DNA of 59,521 nucleotides from Burkholderiales bacterium (GCA_049698095.1 JBAVXA010000037.1:1-59521); one strand, 5' to 3'; counted from the first letter of the stretch, positions 9,038 to 20,306 are shown. The notes: a model not told the origin generated them from the sequence alone. Translations and numbers: made by a program.

Positions 9038-10030
9038 ATGGCAGATGACAATATCCCGAATTCCCCCGCCACCAACGGCAGCAACTGGGAAAGGGCGGTA
9101 CTGGAAAAACTCGCGATGAGCGCCGTAAACGAACAGCGAAAATCGCGAAACTGGGGAATTTTGTTCAAGTCCCTCGGCTTTCTCTATTTGTTCATCCTAC
9201 TGTTTGCCATCATCGGCGTAATGCGTGGCGGGAGTGAAAAAGCCATCACCGGCAAACATACGGCGATTGTCGAATTGAAAGGCGTTATCGCGCCAGAGTC
9301 AGGGGCGTCTGCCGGCCGTGTAATCGAAGGACTGCAGCACGCATTCAAAGATAAAAACGCGCAAGGCGTGATCCTGCGTATCAACAGCCCGGGGGGCAGT
9401 CCGGTGCAGGCCGGTTATATCAACGACGAAATTCATCGCCTGCGAAAAAAATATCCGGAAAAGCCGCTCTACGCCGTCGTTCAGGACATATGCGCCTCCG
9501 GGGGCTATTACGTCGCCGTTGCGGCTGACAAGATATTCGTCGACAAGGCCAGCCTGGTCGGTTCGATCGGTGTGCGCATGGACGGGTTCGGTTTGACCGG
9601 GGCAATGGAAAAAGTCGGTATCGAGCGCCGTTTGGTGACGGCGGGCGAGAACAAAGGCTTTCTCGACATGTTTTCGCCTCTCGACCCGAAACAAAAAGAA
9701 TATGCGGAAAAGATGGTCGGTGAGATTCACCAGCAGTTTATCGACGTCGTGAAAACCGGTCGCGGTGTGCGTCTGAAAGAAACGCCGGAAATGTTCAGCG
9801 GCTTAGTCTGGACGGGCGAACGCAGCGTGCAACTCGGATTGGCGGATGCGCTCGGCAGCGCAGATTATGTCGCGCGCGAAGTCATCAAGGCCGAAGAAAT
9901 GGTCGACTATACGCATCACGACAATCTGGCGGATCGTCTGGCGCGGCGCTTTGGCGCAGTCGGCGCGCAGTCATTCCTGCAGGGATTGGGGTTGGAGAGT
10001 GTGGGGCAGGGCGGGGTGGGGCTGCGATAG
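9038..10030 (+). CDS. sppA: Signal peptide peptidase SppA, 36K type (S49 peptidase)
   Basis: N-terminal TM segment. S49 motifs VILRINSPGGSPVQAG and ASGGYYVAVAADKIF. Confidence 0.9.
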   Translation: MADDNIPNSPATNGSNWERAVLEKLAMSAVNEQRKSRNWGILFKSLGFLYLFILLFAIIGVMRGGSEKAITGKHTAIVELKGVIAPESGASAGRVIEGLQHAFKDKNAQGVILRINSPGGSPVQAGYINDEIHRLRKKYPEKPLYAVVQDICASGGYYVAVAADKIFVDKASLVGSIGVRMDGFGLTGAMEKVGIERRLVTAGENKGFLDMFSPLDPKQKEYAEKMVGEIHQQFIDVVKTGRGVRLKETPEMFSGLVWTGERSVQLGLADALGSADYVAREVIKAEEMVDYTHHDNLADRLARRFGAVGAQSFLQGLGLESVGQGGVGLR

Positions 10031-10036
10031 CGATTC

Positions 10037-10067
10037 GATTCGGCGACATGGGGGGCAGAGCCGAATC
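10037..10067. terminator. Hairpin between convergent sppA and the methyltransferase gene
   Basis: 8-bp stem GATTCGGC / GCCGAATC with a 15-nt loop. No strong U-tract, so function is uncertain. Confidence 0.3.
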
Positions 10068-10074
10068 TTGCGCG

Positions 10075-10788
10075 CTAGGCCATGAGCAAAAATATTGCCG
10101 GTCGTTTATGCAAATCAGGCATTGCTTTACGCCATTGCGCAATGCTTTGCGTGCGGATGGTTTCGTTTGCTGTCGTCAGATCGCAGGCGACGCATAGCTG
10201 CGTGGCAGGTTTGCAGGCGGCGAGAATATCTTCGAGCATCGCGTTATTGCGGTAAGGGGTCTCGATGAATATTTGCGTTTGTCGGAGTTTTTTCGATTCG
10301 GCTTCCAATTGCTTCAAAGTGGTGATGCGCTCGGCTTTGCTGGCGGGCAGGTAGCCGTGAAAACAGAACCGCTGGCCGTTTAACCCACTCGCCATCAACG
10401 CCAGCAAAATCGACGACGGGCCCACCAGCGGGGCGACTCGGACGTGGTGCTGGTGCGCGAGCAGGACCAGGTTTGCGCCGGGGTCCGCAATGGCAGGGCA
10501 ACCGGCTTCGGAAACCAGGCCGACATCGTGGCCCGCCAACAATGGCGCGAGTAATGTTTTCAGTGAAGTGGCCGGCGTGTGTTCATTGAGTTCGTCGATA
10601 TGCAGGCTTTGCAGTGGCTTGCGGATTCCTGCCAGTTTGAGAAACGCGCGCGCGGTTTTGGCGTTTTCGACAATAAAGTATTCAATTAAATCAATAAGTT
10701 GTAGATTATATTTCGGGACGATTGTTTCGAGTGACGTCTCACCCAGAGGCGTCGGAATCAGGTAAAGAATTCCAGCCGTTGGCACCAT
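10075..10788 (-). CDS. SAM-dependent methyltransferase, tetrapyrrole-methylase (TP_methylase) fold
   Basis: LYLIPTPLGE N-terminus and a SEAGCPAIADPG motif are typical of the RsmI-like / TP_methylase superfamily. The start overlaps the maf stop by 1 nt. Confidence 0.75.
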   Translation of the reverse strand: MVPTAGILYLIPTPLGETSLETIVPKYNLQLIDLIEYFIVENAKTARAFLKLAGIRKPLQSLHIDELNEHTPATSLKTLLAPLLAGHDVGLVSEAGCPAIADPGANLVLLAHQHHVRVAPLVGPSSILLALMASGLNGQRFCFHGYLPASKAERITTLKQLEAESKKLRQTQIFIETPYRNNAMLEDILAACKPATQLCVACDLTTANETIRTQSIAQWRKAMPDLHKRPAIFLLMA

Positions 10789-11372
10789 TAAATGATTTCC
10801 ACGCCGGCATGCTTGAGCATGTCCACCAGCGCGATCAGCGGCAGGCCGATCAGTGCATTTGGGTCTGTACCGTGGATTTGCGCAATCAGCGCGATGCCGA
10901 GGCCTTCAGCTTTTGCCGCGCCGGCACAATGGTACGGCCGCTCTTTTTGCAAATAATTTTCGATCTGCGCATCGGTCAAATCGCGAAATAGAACCGAGGT
11001 CGGCACCAATCTGCGCTGCAGCGTCTCCTTGCGGCTGTCGTAGAGCGCGATCGCCGTATGAAATACTGCCTGCCGACCGCGCAATGCGCGCAGTTGTTTG
11101 ACCGCGTTATCGTGCGTCAACGGCTTGCCGAGCTGGGAACCCCCGAGGACAGCCACTTGGTCCGAGCCGATGATCAACGCGCCGGGGAATTGTAGCGCGA
11201 CTTTGCGTGCTTTGGCTTCAGCCAACCGGATCGCGGTATCGACGGGGGATTCACCGGTTTCCGGCGTCTCGTCGATATCGGGCGCGGCGACTTCAAATGG
11301 GATTTGCAATTTGGCGAGCAGTTCACGCCGGTAAACCGAGGTGGAAGCCAGCACGATTGGGGGATTTTTCAA
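10788..11372 (-). CDS. maf: Maf-like nucleoside triphosphate pyrophosphatase (YceF type)
   Basis: [17 protein letters not shown]..., GSDQV and GAAKAEGLG motifs. Divergent from yceD-rpmF-plsX, as in E. coli. Confidence 0.9.
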   Translation of the reverse strand: MKNPPIVLASTSVYRRELLAKLQIPFEVAAPDIDETPETGESPVDTAIRLAEAKARKVALQFPGALIIGSDQVAVLGGSQLGKPLTHDNAVKQLRALRGRQAVFHTAIALYDSRKETLQRRLVPTSVLFRDLTDAQIENYLQKERPYHCAGAAKAEGLGIALIAQIHGTDPNALIGLPLIALVDMLKHAGVEII

Positions 11373-11436
11373 GGTTTCTTGTGGCTCGCAGGAGGAAAAC
11401 CATCAAAAAGAACAAGTTGTTGTAACGGGAATATTT

Positions 11437-11465
11437 TTGACATTGGCGCCTAAAAATACTATCAT
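11437..11465 (+). promoter_or_regulatory. Candidate sigma70 promoter for the yceD-rpmF-plsX-fab operon
   Basis: TTGACA (11437-11442), a 17-nt spacer, then TATCAT (11460-11465). This would give a very short leader before the annotated yceD ATG at 11475. Confidence 0.45.
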
Positions 11466-11474
11466 GCCGCCCTT

Positions 11475-11978
11475 ATGTCTGCACACCCCGCATTCACCAG
11501 AGTTATTGACGGAATGCAGTTTGCCCGAACAGAGCAGAGTGTAGAAGGCGTGTTTGCTGTCAAGGATCTGCCACGTTTGCTCGATTCCCTGATCTCCGGC
11601 GTGGGCGAAGTGCGCTACCGAATTCAAGGAAGGCATCAGGCAAATGACAAGCCGGTGCTAGAATGCGATATCAGCGGCGGAGTACAGCTGCAATGCCAGC
11701 GATGTTTGGCAGCGATCGATTACCCGCTGGACATTCATTCGCGGCTGGTGCTGGTAAGCAGTGAGGCCGCCTTGCCCGATACGCAGGATGAGCCGGATGA
11801 AGTCGATAGCATCGTTGCCAGTGCCGAAATGAGCGTGGCGGAGTTGGTGGAAGAAGAGATTCTGTTGTCGTTGCCGATGATTCCGCGTCATGAAGTATGC
11901 GAGCTGGCAGCGGCGGGAAAGCAGCAAAATACGAATGCGGGATTTGCCGCACTGGCCGAATTGAAGAAACGCCAGTAA
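11475..11978 (+). CDS. yceD: YceD / DUF177 family protein (large-subunit rRNA accumulation protein)
   Basis: Conserved position upstream of rpmF. Has the CQRCL Cys pair and an acidic C-terminus typical of DUF177. Confidence 0.85.
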   Translation: MSAHPAFTRVIDGMQFARTEQSVEGVFAVKDLPRLLDSLISGVGEVRYRIQGRHQANDKPVLECDISGGVQLQCQRCLAAIDYPLDIHSRLVLVSSEAALPDTQDEPDEVDSIVASAEMSVAELVEEEILLSLPMIPRHEVCELAAAGKQQNTNAGFAALAELKKRQ

Positions 11979-12013
11979 AGTCAATTTAGACGAATTTTTG
12001 AAGGAGCAAAATC

Positions 12014-12193
12014 ATGGCAGTTCAACAGAATAAAAAGTCACCCTCGAAACGCGGCATGCACCGCGCGCATGACTTTTTGACCGCCCCTCCCCTGGCCGTC
12101 GAGCCGACCACCGGTGAGACTCACTTGCGACATCACATCAGCCCAAGCGGTTATTATCGCGGCAAAAAAGTCATTAAATCCAAAGGCGAATAA
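12014..12193 (+). CDS. rpmF: 50S ribosomal protein L32
   Basis: Not in the ORF track because it is 59 aa. Translation: [69 protein letters not shown] 7 nt upstream. Located between yceD and plsX. Confidence 0.95.
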   Translation: MAVQQNKKSPSKRGMHRAHDFLTAPPLAVEPTTGETHLRHHISPSGYYRGKKVIKSKGE

Positions 12194-12245
12194 ATTCGCC
12201 GATCCGGTGATTGCCGGCATATCTTTATCATTCTAAAAAGCTCCC

Positions 12246-13286
12246 ATGACTGTCACCGTAGCTGTTGATGCCATGGGCGGCGACCATGGTCCCACAGTCA
12301 CCGTTGCGGGCGTGCTGGATTTCCTCGCCCGCACCGATGACACCAACGTAATTCTGGTCGGCATCAAAGAAAAAATCGAAGCGGAATTGCGCCGGCAAAA
12401 AGCGCATGATAATCGGCGCATAACCGTCCAGCATGCCAGCGAAGTCGTTGCAATGGACGAATCGCCGGCGACGGCAATGCGCAACAAGAAAGATTCGTCC
12501 ATGCGCATCGCGATTGATCTGGTCAAGGCCGGAACTGCGCACGCCTGTGTGAGCGCGGGTAATACCGGCGCATTGATGGCGACATCCCGTTTTGTGTTGA
12601 AAACGCTGCCCGGCATCGATCGGCCGGCAATCGCGACGACCTTGCCGACAGTCACCGGCCATACCTTGATGCTTGATCTGGGTGCGAACGTGGACAGCAC
12701 GGCGGAGCACCTTTTGCAATTCGGTGTGATGGGATCCATCCTTGTCCAAGCCGTGGAAAAAAACGAACGTCCGAGCGTCGGCCTGCTCAATATCGGCGAA
12801 GAAGAAATAAAAGGCAACGAGACCGTCAAGCTGGCAGCCGAATTATTGCGCGCCAGCCACGTCAATTTTATCGGCAATGTTGAAGGCGACGGCATTTATC
12901 ATGGTGATGCCGACGTTATCGTCTGCGACGGATTTGTCGGTAATGTGGCGCTGAAGACTTCAGAAGGCCTGGCGCAGATGATCCGAACCTTTCTGCGCGC
13001 CGAATTCGAGCGTAATGTTTTTACCAAGCTTGCCGGCTTGGTCGCGCTACCAGTGTTGAATGCGTTCAAACGCCGCGTGGATCATCGTCAATACAACGGG
13101 GCCACTTTATTGGGGCTGCGCGGCGTGGTATTGAAAAGCCACGGCTCAGCCGACCCAGTCGCGTTCTCTTACGCGCTGCAACGTGCCGCGGAAGAAGTTC
13201 GCAACGGCGTGCTCGAGCGCATCACTAACGAAATGACGGCGCTGCATGCAGATGCAGATGCGACAGCAAAGGCAGCCAATCCGTGA
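12246..13286 (+). CDS. plsX: Phosphate acyltransferase PlsX
   Basis: N-terminus [12 protein letters not shown] and [28 protein letters not shown]. Conserved operon position. Confidence 0.95.
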   Translation: MTVTVAVDAMGGDHGPTVTVAGVLDFLARTDDTNVILVGIKEKIEAELRRQKAHDNRRITVQHASEVVAMDESPATAMRNKKDSSMRIAIDLVKAGTAHACVSAGNTGALMATSRFVLKTLPGIDRPAIATTLPTVTGHTLMLDLGANVDSTAEHLLQFGVMGSILVQAVEKNERPSVGLLNIGEEEIKGNETVKLAAELLRASHVNFIGNVEGDGIYHGDADVIVCDGFVGNVALKTSEGLAQMIRTFLRAEFERNVFTKLAGLVALPVLNAFKRRVDHRQYNGATLLGLRGVVLKSHGSADPVAFSYALQRAAEEVRNGVLERITNEMTALHADADATAKAANP

Positions 13287-14248
13287 CGACCTTCTCGAGA
13301 ATTACCGGGACCGGTAGCTATTTACCTAAGAAAGTCCTGACCAACAAGGATATGGAAAAGATTGTCGATACCTCTGATGAATGGATTGTTGCGCGTACCG
13401 GCATTCGCCAACGCTATATCGCTGCTGACGATCAAAATGCAAGTGACCTCGCATATGAGGCGAGCGTCCGGGCGATTGATGCCGCCGGAATAGCGGCCGC
13501 GGAAATCGATTTGATAATCGTCGCCACCAGCACGCCAGACATGATCTTCCCGAGCACCGCGGCATTGTTGCAGGATAAACTGGGCATCAGAAACAACGGC
13601 GCAGCGTTCGACGTGCAGGCCGTTTGCAGCGGCTTTGTCTATGCGCTGGCAACAGCGGACAAGTTCATTCGCTCCGGCGATCACAAATGTGCCTTGGTTG
13701 TGGGCGCGGAAATCTTTTCGCGTATTCTTGATTGGAACGATCGCGGAACCTGCGTGCTATTCGGCGACGGTGCGGGCGCGGTTATCTTACAACCGTCGGA
13801 CAAGCCGGGCATTTTTTCTAGCCATTTGCACGCCGACGGCAGCTACCACGATATTTTATGCGTTCCCGGCACGCTCAACCGCGGGCAACCGACCGGCGAT
13901 CCATTGCTTAAGATGGACGGCGGCGCTGTGTTCAAGTTTGCAGTAAAGGTGCTGGAAGACGTGGTGCTTGAAGCACTGACGGCCAATAAAATGGGCGTTG
14001 CCGATATCGACTGGCTGATCCCACACCAGGCCAACACCCGCATTATTAAAGCCACTGGAAAAAAACTCGACCTCGCGGAAGAAAAAGTGGTCATTACCGT
14101 CGATCAACACGGCAATACGTCGGCTGCATCGATTCCCCTGGCGCTCGACGTCGCGGTACGCGATGGCAGAATTCAACCCGGACATCACGTCATGCTGGAA
14201 GGCGTCGGCGGTGGATTTACCTGGGGTGCGGTATTTTTGCGTTGGTAA
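13283..14248 (+). CDS. fabH: 3-oxoacyl-ACP synthase III
   Basis: Active-site Cys context [15 protein letters not shown], plus HQAN and GNTSAASIP motifs. Confidence 0.95.
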   Translation: MTTFSRITGTGSYLPKKVLTNKDMEKIVDTSDEWIVARTGIRQRYIAADDQNASDLAYEASVRAIDAAGIAAAEIDLIIVATSTPDMIFPSTAALLQDKLGIRNNGAAFDVQAVCSGFVYALATADKFIRSGDHKCALVVGAEIFSRILDWNDRGTCVLFGDGAGAVILQPSDKPGIFSSHLHADGSYHDILCVPGTLNRGQPTGDPLLKMDGGAVFKFAVKVLEDVVLEALTANKMGVADIDWLIPHQANTRIIKATGKKLDLAEEKVVITVDQHGNTSAASIPLALDVAVRDGRIQPGHHVMLEGVGGGFTWGAVFLRW

Positions 14249-14255
14249 AAATATT

Positions 14256-14274
14256 AATATAATCAAATACTTAT
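14256..14274 (-). repeat. AT-rich 19-mer repeat, near-copy (18/19)
   Basis: AATATAATCAAATACTTAT is the reverse complement of ATAAgTATTTGATTATATT. It has one mismatch to the exact copies at 17636, 48151 and 59271. It fills the fabH-fabD spacer and ends 1 nt before the fabD ATG. Confidence 0.7.
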
Positions 14275-14275
14275 T

Positions 14276-15205
14276 ATGAAATTCGCATTCGTATTCCCGG
14301 GCCAGGGATCACAATCGATCGGTATGATGACCGGCTTCTCTGAGTCTGCCGCGGTCAAAAAGACGTTTGAACAGGCGTCCGATGTGCTGCAGCTCGACAT
14401 GTGGAAAATGGCGCAGGAAGGCCCGGTCGAACTGCAGAATCAAACCGTCAACACGCAACCGTTGATGTTGACTGCCAGCACGGCAATTTTTCGTGCATGG
14501 AAAAGTCTTGGTGGTGCGGATCCGGCTTTTGTTGCCGGACATAGCCTCGGGGAATACTCTGCGCTCGTTGCAGCGGGCGTCTTGTCGCTGGCGGATGCGT
14601 TGCCTTTGGTGGTCGCGCGCGCCGAAGCAATGCAGCACGCCGTGCCCGACGGCGAGGGCGCAATGGCAGCGTTGGTTGGTCTCGACGACGAGGCCGTGCG
14701 CGCCGTCTGCAGTGAAGCCGCGCAAGGACAAGTATTGGAAGCGGTGAATCTGAACTGCCCGGGGCAGGTAGTCATTGCCGGAAACAAAGCGGCGGTAGAG
14801 CGCGGCATCGGCATAGGCAAAGCCAAAGGGGCGAAAATTGCCAGAATTCTTGCGGTCTCGGTGCCGTCGCACTGCGCGTTGATGAAACCGGCTGCGGAGA
14901 AATTGGCGCTAATGCTGCAACAAATAAAAATGATTCCGCCGGCAATTCCCGTTTTGCATAATTCTGACGTGCAGAGCTATACCGATCCCGATGCGATTCG
15001 CCGGGCGCTGGTGCAACAGCTTTATAGTCCGGTGCGCTGGTCGGACATTATCCGCGCCATGGTGCAGCAGCAAGTCACGCATATTGCGGAATGCGGGCCG
15101 GGCAAAGTTCTGGCCGGATTGAACAAGCGCATCGATAGTAGCCTGCAAAGTTTTGCGCTGACCGACGCTGCGGCCCTGGCCGCGGCAAAAACTGAACTGA
15201 CATAG
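14276..15205 (+). CDS. fabD: Malonyl-CoA:ACP transacylase
   Basis: FPGQGSQ and GHSLGEYSALV motifs. Confidence 0.95.
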   Translation: MKFAFVFPGQGSQSIGMMTGFSESAAVKKTFEQASDVLQLDMWKMAQEGPVELQNQTVNTQPLMLTASTAIFRAWKSLGGADPAFVAGHSLGEYSALVAAGVLSLADALPLVVARAEAMQHAVPDGEGAMAALVGLDDEAVRAVCSEAAQGQVLEAVNLNCPGQVVIAGNKAAVERGIGIGKAKGAKIARILAVSVPSHCALMKPAAEKLALMLQQIKMIPPAIPVLHNSDVQSYTDPDAIRRALVQQLYSPVRWSDIIRAMVQQQVTHIAECGPGKVLAGLNKRIDSSLQSFALTDAAALAAAKTELT

Positions 15206-15218
15206 GCGGCTTATAACA

Positions 15219-15968
15219 ATGAATCAACCCCTGTCCGGACAAATCGCGCTGGTCACCGGCGCCACCCGCGGAATCGGTCGCGCTATTGCTACTGCGCTGG
15301 GCAAGCACGGTGCCAGCGTGATCGGCACGGCCACCAGTGAAACCGGGGCCGCCTCCATCAACGAATATTTGAAACACGAAGGGATCAGCGGCGAGGGCAG
15401 GTTGCTGAACGTCAACGACGCCGCGCAATGCGATACGCTCATCGGCGAGATCGGCACGAAATACGGCGGCGTCGGCATTCTGGTCAATAATGCCGGTATC
15501 ACGCGCGACAATCTATTGATGCGCATGAAAGACGAGGAATGGGACGACATCATCTCGACCAATCTTACTTCCGTGTTTCGATTATCGAAGGCGGTCATGC
15601 GCGGCATGATGAAAGCTCGGCAGGGCCGTATCATCAACATTACATCCGTCGTCGGGGTGGCCGGCAATCCTGGGCAGTCGAATTACGCCGCGGCAAAAGC
15701 CGGCATGATCGGGTTCAGCAAATCGCTGGCGCAGGAAATCGGCAGTCGCGGCATTACGGTCAATTGTGTCGCACCGGGTTTCATCGACACGGACATGACC
15801 CGCGCGTTGACGCCGGAACAGCAGCAGGCGTTGCTGGCGAACATCCCGCTCGGCCGATTAGGTACGGCGTACGATATCGCCGCCGCCGTGGTTTTCCTCG
15901 CGTCGCCCGGCGCGGGCTATATTACCGGCAGCACTTTACATGTTAACGGCGGTATGTATATGGTGTAG
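15219..15968 (+). CDS. fabG: 3-oxoacyl-ACP reductase
   Basis: SDR family: TGATRGIGRAIA, NNAG and the YAAAKAG catalytic Y-x3-K. Confidence 0.95.
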   Translation: MNQPLSGQIALVTGATRGIGRAIATALGKHGASVIGTATSETGAASINEYLKHEGISGEGRLLNVNDAAQCDTLIGEIGTKYGGVGILVNNAGITRDNLLMRMKDEEWDDIISTNLTSVFRLSKAVMRGMMKARQGRIINITSVVGVAGNPGQSNYAAAKAGMIGFSKSLAQEIGSRGITVNCVAPGFIDTDMTRALTPEQQQALLANIPLGRLGTAYDIAAAVVFLASPGAGYITGSTLHVNGGMYMV

Positions 15969-16057
15969 TGGAATTATCGTGTGACATGGTTTGATTTTTG
16001 TTAAAATAATGGTTGTTTCGAGTTTGTTTTTTTACCCTCAACGAGGAAAGGTCAGTC

Positions 16058-16300
16058 ATGGAAAATATTGAACAACGCGTCAAGAAAATCGTCGCCGAGC
16101 AACTGGGCGTAAACGAGGCGGAAGTTAAAAGCACCTCATCTTTTGTTGATGACCTCGGTGCGGATTCCCTCGACACCGTCGAGCTCGTGATGGCGCTTGA
16201 GGAAGAATTCGAATGCGAGATTCCTGATGAGCAGGCCGAAAAAATCACCACCGTGCAACTGGCTATCGATTACGTCAACGCCCATCTCAAAAAAGCCTGA
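16058..16300 (+). CDS. acpP: Acyl carrier protein
   Basis: [18 protein letters not shown]... with the [13 protein letters not shown] phosphopantetheinylation site. ATG 16058 sits behind a GAGGAAAGG RBS. The ORF-track start at 16013 is too far upstream. Confidence 0.95.
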   Translation: MENIEQRVKKIVAEQLGVNEAEVKSTSSFVDDLGADSLDTVELVMALEEEFECEIPDEQAEKITTVQLAIDYVNAHLKKA

Positions 16301-16330
16301 TCTGATTTCTGAATAAGGGAATCCTCCGCC

Positions 16331-17569
16331 TTGTCCAAACGCAGAGTTGTCGTCACCGGCCTCGGCATAGTCTCCCCGGTGGGCAACACCGTTGCCGATG
16401 CCTGGGAGAACCTTAGCGCCGGCAAGTCCGGCATCACCCGCATCACGCGCTTCGATCCGTCCAGCATGCCATCGCAAATTGCCGGGGAGGTAAAAGGTTT
16501 TAACATTGCCGATTACATCTCCCCGAAAGAGGCGCGCCGCTCAGATATTTTCATCCATTACGGCATTGCTGCGAGCATGCAGGCCTTCAAGGATTCCGGG
16601 ATCGTCGTTACCGAGCAGAATGCCGAGCGCATCGGCGTCAATGTCGGGTCGGGCATCGGCGGTTTGCCGCTGATTGAAGAAACGCACAATGCCATGCTCG
16701 AAGGCGGCTGGAAAAAAATATCACCGTTCTTTATTGCCGGCAGCATCATCAATCTGATCTCCGGCCAGGTATCGATCCTGTTCGGCCTGAAGGGACCGAA
16801 CGTGTCGATGGTAAGCGCCTGCGCGACAGGAAATCACAGCATCGGCGAATCGGCGCGCATGATCGAATACGGTGACGCCGATGTCATGATCGCCGGTGGC
16901 GCCGAATCCACTATTTCTCCGCTCGCCATTGGCGGATTCTGTGCTTCGCGCGCGCTATCCACTAGCAATGACGATCCAGCAGCGGCAAGCCGTCCGTGGG
17001 ACAAGGCGCGCGACGGTTTCGTCATGGGCGAGGGCGCCGGCGTGCTGGTGCTGGAAGAGTATGAGCACGCCAAGGCCCGCGGGGCGAAAGTATATTGCGA
17101 CTTTTCCGGCTTTGGCATGAGTGCGGACGCACATCATGTCACCGCCCCGCTCGAAGATGGGGCCGGCGCCGCGCGCAGCATGACGCTTGCGCTGAAAAAC
17201 GGTGGTCTGAACCCGGAAGACGTCGACTATATTAACGCTCACGGCACGTCCACCCCGCTGGGTGATATCGCTGAAACCGTCGCGATCAAACGCGCGCTGG
17301 GCGATCACGTAAAGAAAGTTGCCATCAGTTCGAGTAAATCGATGACCGGCCATTTGCTCGGCGCGGCGGGCGGCATTGAGGCGGTATTCTCCGTGCTGGC
17401 TATCCATCATCAGGTCGCACCGCCGACCATCAACTTGCACGACCAGGATCCGCAATGCGATCTGGATTATGTGCCGAACACTGCGCGCCAGATGAAGATT
17501 CGCACCGCCATGTCGAATTCCTTCGGCTTTGGCGGTACCAATGCGACCCTGCTGTTTCGCAAAACGTAG
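16331..17569 (+). CDS. fabF: 3-oxoacyl-ACP synthase II
   Basis: KS II motifs SACATG, HGTSTPLGD and SFGFGGTNA. TTG start. Confidence 0.95.
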   Translation: MSKRRVVVTGLGIVSPVGNTVADAWENLSAGKSGITRITRFDPSSMPSQIAGEVKGFNIADYISPKEARRSDIFIHYGIAASMQAFKDSGIVVTEQNAERIGVNVGSGIGGLPLIEETHNAMLEGGWKKISPFFIAGSIINLISGQVSILFGLKGPNVSMVSACATGNHSIGESARMIEYGDADVMIAGGAESTISPLAIGGFCASRALSTSNDDPAAASRPWDKARDGFVMGEGAGVLVLEEYEHAKARGAKVYCDFSGFGMSADAHHVTAPLEDGAGAARSMTLALKNGGLNPEDVDYINAHGTSTPLGDIAETVAIKRALGDHVKKVAISSSKSMTGHLLGAAGGIEAVFSVLAIHHQVAPPTINLHDQDPQCDLDYVPNTARQMKIRTAMSNSFGFGGTNATLLFRKT

Positions 17570-17635
17570 TATTGCTGACGTCGCTTCGCGCCACTCCAAC
17601 ACGGTAACAGACTAACTGCGACTCTGCGTCAATAC

Positions 17636-17654
17636 ATAACTATTTGATTATATT
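17636..17654 (+). repeat. AT-rich 19-mer repeat, exact copy 1
   Basis: ATAACTATTTGATTATATT, located 12 nt upstream of the mltG GTG start. Identical to 48151-48169 and to the reverse complement of 59271-59289. Confidence 0.8.
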
Positions 17655-17666
17655 TAATTATTTATT

Positions 17667-18671
17667 GTGCTGCGGATATTCAAACTTGTTTCATTGTTGC
17701 TGGCAATCGCCGCGATCGGCTCGGCTGCGTGGTTGTGGAATTTCAGTTCGACGGTGCTTGTGCTGCCAGCGACGCCTTTTGAATTCCGCCTGAAAAATGG
17801 CGCGAGTTTGCGCAGTGCCGCGGCGCAATTCAAGCAGGCAGGCTTGTTGCGCAACCCGCTGTCGTTTGAACTCCTGGCGCGAATCCTCGGCAAATCGGGC
17901 AAACTCAAGGCCGGCACTTATGTGCTCGACAAGCCTGTTACCGCGCTGGCATTGCTGGAAAAAATAACCAGCGGTGAGGTAGCGCAGCTGGAAATCACCT
18001 TCATCGAAGGCCACACTTTCGCACAAATGCGCAGGCGACTCGATGAGAATGAAGACCTGAAACACGAAACAACAGATTTATCCGACGCGGAAGTATTGAA
18101 GCTCGTCGGTGCGACGGAGAGTCATCCCGAAGGGCTGTTCATGCCCGACACCTATCAGTTTTCCAAAGGCATGAGCGACGTCGCGCTGTTGAAACGCGCC
18201 TACCAGACGATGCAGACCCGGCTCAATGAAGCGTGGGACCGGCGTGCGCCGAATCTGCCGTATAAAAATCCTTATGAGGCGCTGATCATGGCCTCGATCG
18301 TAGAAAAGGAAACCGGCCTCAAGTCGGAGCGCCCCGCCATTGCCGCCGTTTTCACCAATCGCTTGCGCCTCGGCATGCGGCTGCAAACCGACCCGAGCAT
18401 TATTTACGGCCTCGGCAATAAATATCGCGGCAAGATCTATCGCAGCGATCTTGACAACGATACGCCGTACAACACTTATACGCGCGCCGGGTTAACGCCA
18501 ACGCCAATTGCCATGCCGAGCCGTGCCGCGATTGATGCTGTCATGCAGCCTGACACATCGAAAGCGATTTATTTTGTCGCCAGCCCCGCCGGAGACGGCA
18601 GTCATATTTTTTCCAGCAACTTGCAGGAGCATAATTCCGCTGTCGCCAAATATCGGGCAGCAGCGAAATGA
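17667..18671 (+). CDS. mltG: Endolytic murein transglycosylase MltG (YceG)
   Basis: N-terminal TM anchor and YceG-family motifs ([33 protein letters not shown]). Conserved position before tmk. Confidence 0.9.
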   Translation: MLRIFKLVSLLLAIAAIGSAAWLWNFSSTVLVLPATPFEFRLKNGASLRSAAAQFKQAGLLRNPLSFELLARILGKSGKLKAGTYVLDKPVTALALLEKITSGEVAQLEITFIEGHTFAQMRRRLDENEDLKHETTDLSDAEVLKLVGATESHPEGLFMPDTYQFSKGMSDVALLKRAYQTMQTRLNEAWDRRAPNLPYKNPYEALIMASIVEKETGLKSERPAIAAVFTNRLRLGMRLQTDPSIIYGLGNKYRGKIYRSDLDNDTPYNTYTRAGLTPTPIAMPSRAAIDAVMQPDTSKAIYFVASPAGDGSHIFSSNLQEHNSAVAKYRAAAK

Positions 18672-19282
18672 GCGGAAAATTCATCACCTTTGAAGGCATT
18701 GACGGCGCGGGGAAAAGCACGCATATCGGCTGGGTCGCGGAGCGCATTCGTATGGCGGGGCACAATGTGACGGTCACACGCGAGCCGGGCGGCACTGCGT
18801 TGGGGGAAAAATTGCGCGACCTGTTACTGCATTATCCGATGCACGCGGAAACTGAAGCGATGTTGATGTTTGCCGCTCGGCGCGAGCATATTTATCAGAT
18901 TATTCGCCCTGCGCTCGATCGTGGCGACTGGATTGTGTCGGACCGATTCACCGATGCGAGTTTTGCCTACCAAGGTGGGGGCAGGGGAGTGACGATGGAA
19001 AAGCTTCGCCAGTTGGAAAACTGGGTGCAGGGCGGCCTGCAGCCCGACCTGACGTTTTTGTTCGACGTGCCGGTGAGCGTCGCGCGCGACCGTCTGAACC
19101 GCAACACGCCGAATCCGGATCGGTTTGAACAGGAGCGCGACGGGTTTTTTACGCGCGTGCGCGAAGTTTACCTGCAGCGCGCGCAGGCGGCGCCGTTGCG
19201 GTTTTGTATTATCAATTCGACGCTATCTATTAACGAGGTAAACCAACAAATATCGTCCGCGTTGGCCGAGCTAGGCGTATGA
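18668..19282 (+). CDS. tmk: Thymidylate kinase
   Basis: P-loop [11 protein letters not shown] and a DRF motif. Overlaps the neighbouring genes by 4 nt on each side. Confidence 0.95.
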   Translation: MSGKFITFEGIDGAGKSTHIGWVAERIRMAGHNVTVTREPGGTALGEKLRDLLLHYPMHAETEAMLMFAARREHIYQIIRPALDRGDWIVSDRFTDASFAYQGGGRGVTMEKLRQLENWVQGGLQPDLTFLFDVPVSVARDRLNRNTPNPDRFEQERDGFFTRVREVYLQRAQAAPLRFCIINSTLSINEVNQQISSALAELGV

Positions 19283-20301
19283 GCATTTATTCCTGGCAGC
19301 AGGCGTTATGGGATCGGCTATGGCGCGAAGGCGGCCTGAACCACCATGCGCTGTTGCTGCAAGGTCGCGCCGGAATGGGTAAGCGCGATTTTGCGTATGC
19401 GCTGGCGCAAAGCCTGTTGTGTGAAAATGTCCAGTCGAAGTCGCATCAAGCCTGCGGAACATGCGACGCCTGCCATTGGTTTTCACAAGGTAATCATCCT
19501 GATTTCCGCCTGGTTGAGCCTGCATCGATGCAGGAAGAATCCACCGATTCAGAGAGCGACGAGGCAAAAACCACCGATAAGCCGGACAAAAAAGCCAGCA
19601 GCCAGATTTCCATCGCGCAAATCCGCGAGCTGGAATCGTTCGTCAGTGTCAGTACGCACCGGGACGGGTACCGGGTCATTCTGCTCAACCCGGCGGAAGC
19701 GATGAACGCGAATGCGGCAAATGCAATTTTGAAAATGCTGGAAGAACCGCCTGCTAATACTCGCTTTTTATTAGTGACCAGCGAACCCAGGCGCTTGCTG
19801 CCGACCGTCATTAGCCGCTGCCGCCGGCTTGAAATGCCCGCGCCAGAAAAAAGTGTTGCTGCGCGTTGGCTCGCGGAACAAGGCGTTGAACACCCCGACA
19901 ACCTTTTGGCGCAATCGGGCGACGCGCCGCTCGTCGCGCTTAAGCTGGCCGACGGGGAATATCAATCCAAACGGCGTGAATGGCTGCAGGGGTTGGCGCA
20001 GGGAAAATCCACGCCGTTCATGATGCTGGCGGAAAGCCAGCAGAAACAACCTCTAGCGCAACCGGTCAACTGGATGCAAACCTGGTGTTATGATTTGCTC
20101 GCGATTAAAAGCGGGGCGGCCGCACGCTATAACCCGGATTATATTGAAGCGTTAAACAAATTATCACCAAACCTGCCAATGCATAAATTGCTTGAATGGG
20201 AATCCATGCTTAAATCGGCAAAACGTTTTGTGCATCACCCATTAAACGCGCGCCTGTTCCTCGAGCAGCTCCTGCTGTCGTATGCTGATGCTTTTCGTTG
20301 A
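19279..20301 (+). CDS. holB: DNA polymerase III delta' subunit
   Basis: [11 protein letters not shown] degenerate P-loop, CGTCDACHW zinc module and an SRC motif (ISRCRRL). Confidence 0.9.
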   Translation: MSIYSWQQALWDRLWREGGLNHHALLLQGRAGMGKRDFAYALAQSLLCENVQSKSHQACGTCDACHWFSQGNHPDFRLVEPASMQEESTDSESDEAKTTDKPDKKASSQISIAQIRELESFVSVSTHRDGYRVILLNPAEAMNANAANAILKMLEEPPANTRFLLVTSEPRRLLPTVISRCRRLEMPAPEKSVAARWLAEQGVEHPDNLLAQSGDAPLVALKLADGEYQSKRREWLQGLAQGKSTPFMMLAESQQKQPLAQPVNWMQTWCYDLLAIKSGAAARYNPDYIEALNKLSPNLPMHKLLEWESMLKSAKRFVHHPLNARLFLEQLLLSYADAFR

Positions 20302-20306
20302 TTAAG

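Noticed and set aside
17636-17654. The AT-rich 19-mer as a degenerate FNR site or a sigma70 promoter
   Set aside because: Only the TTGAT half matches the FNR consensus, and the second half differs at 2 or more positions in every copy. As a -10 (TATATT), it would place the transcription start downstream of the abutting ATG at 48170. Neither reading works for all copies.
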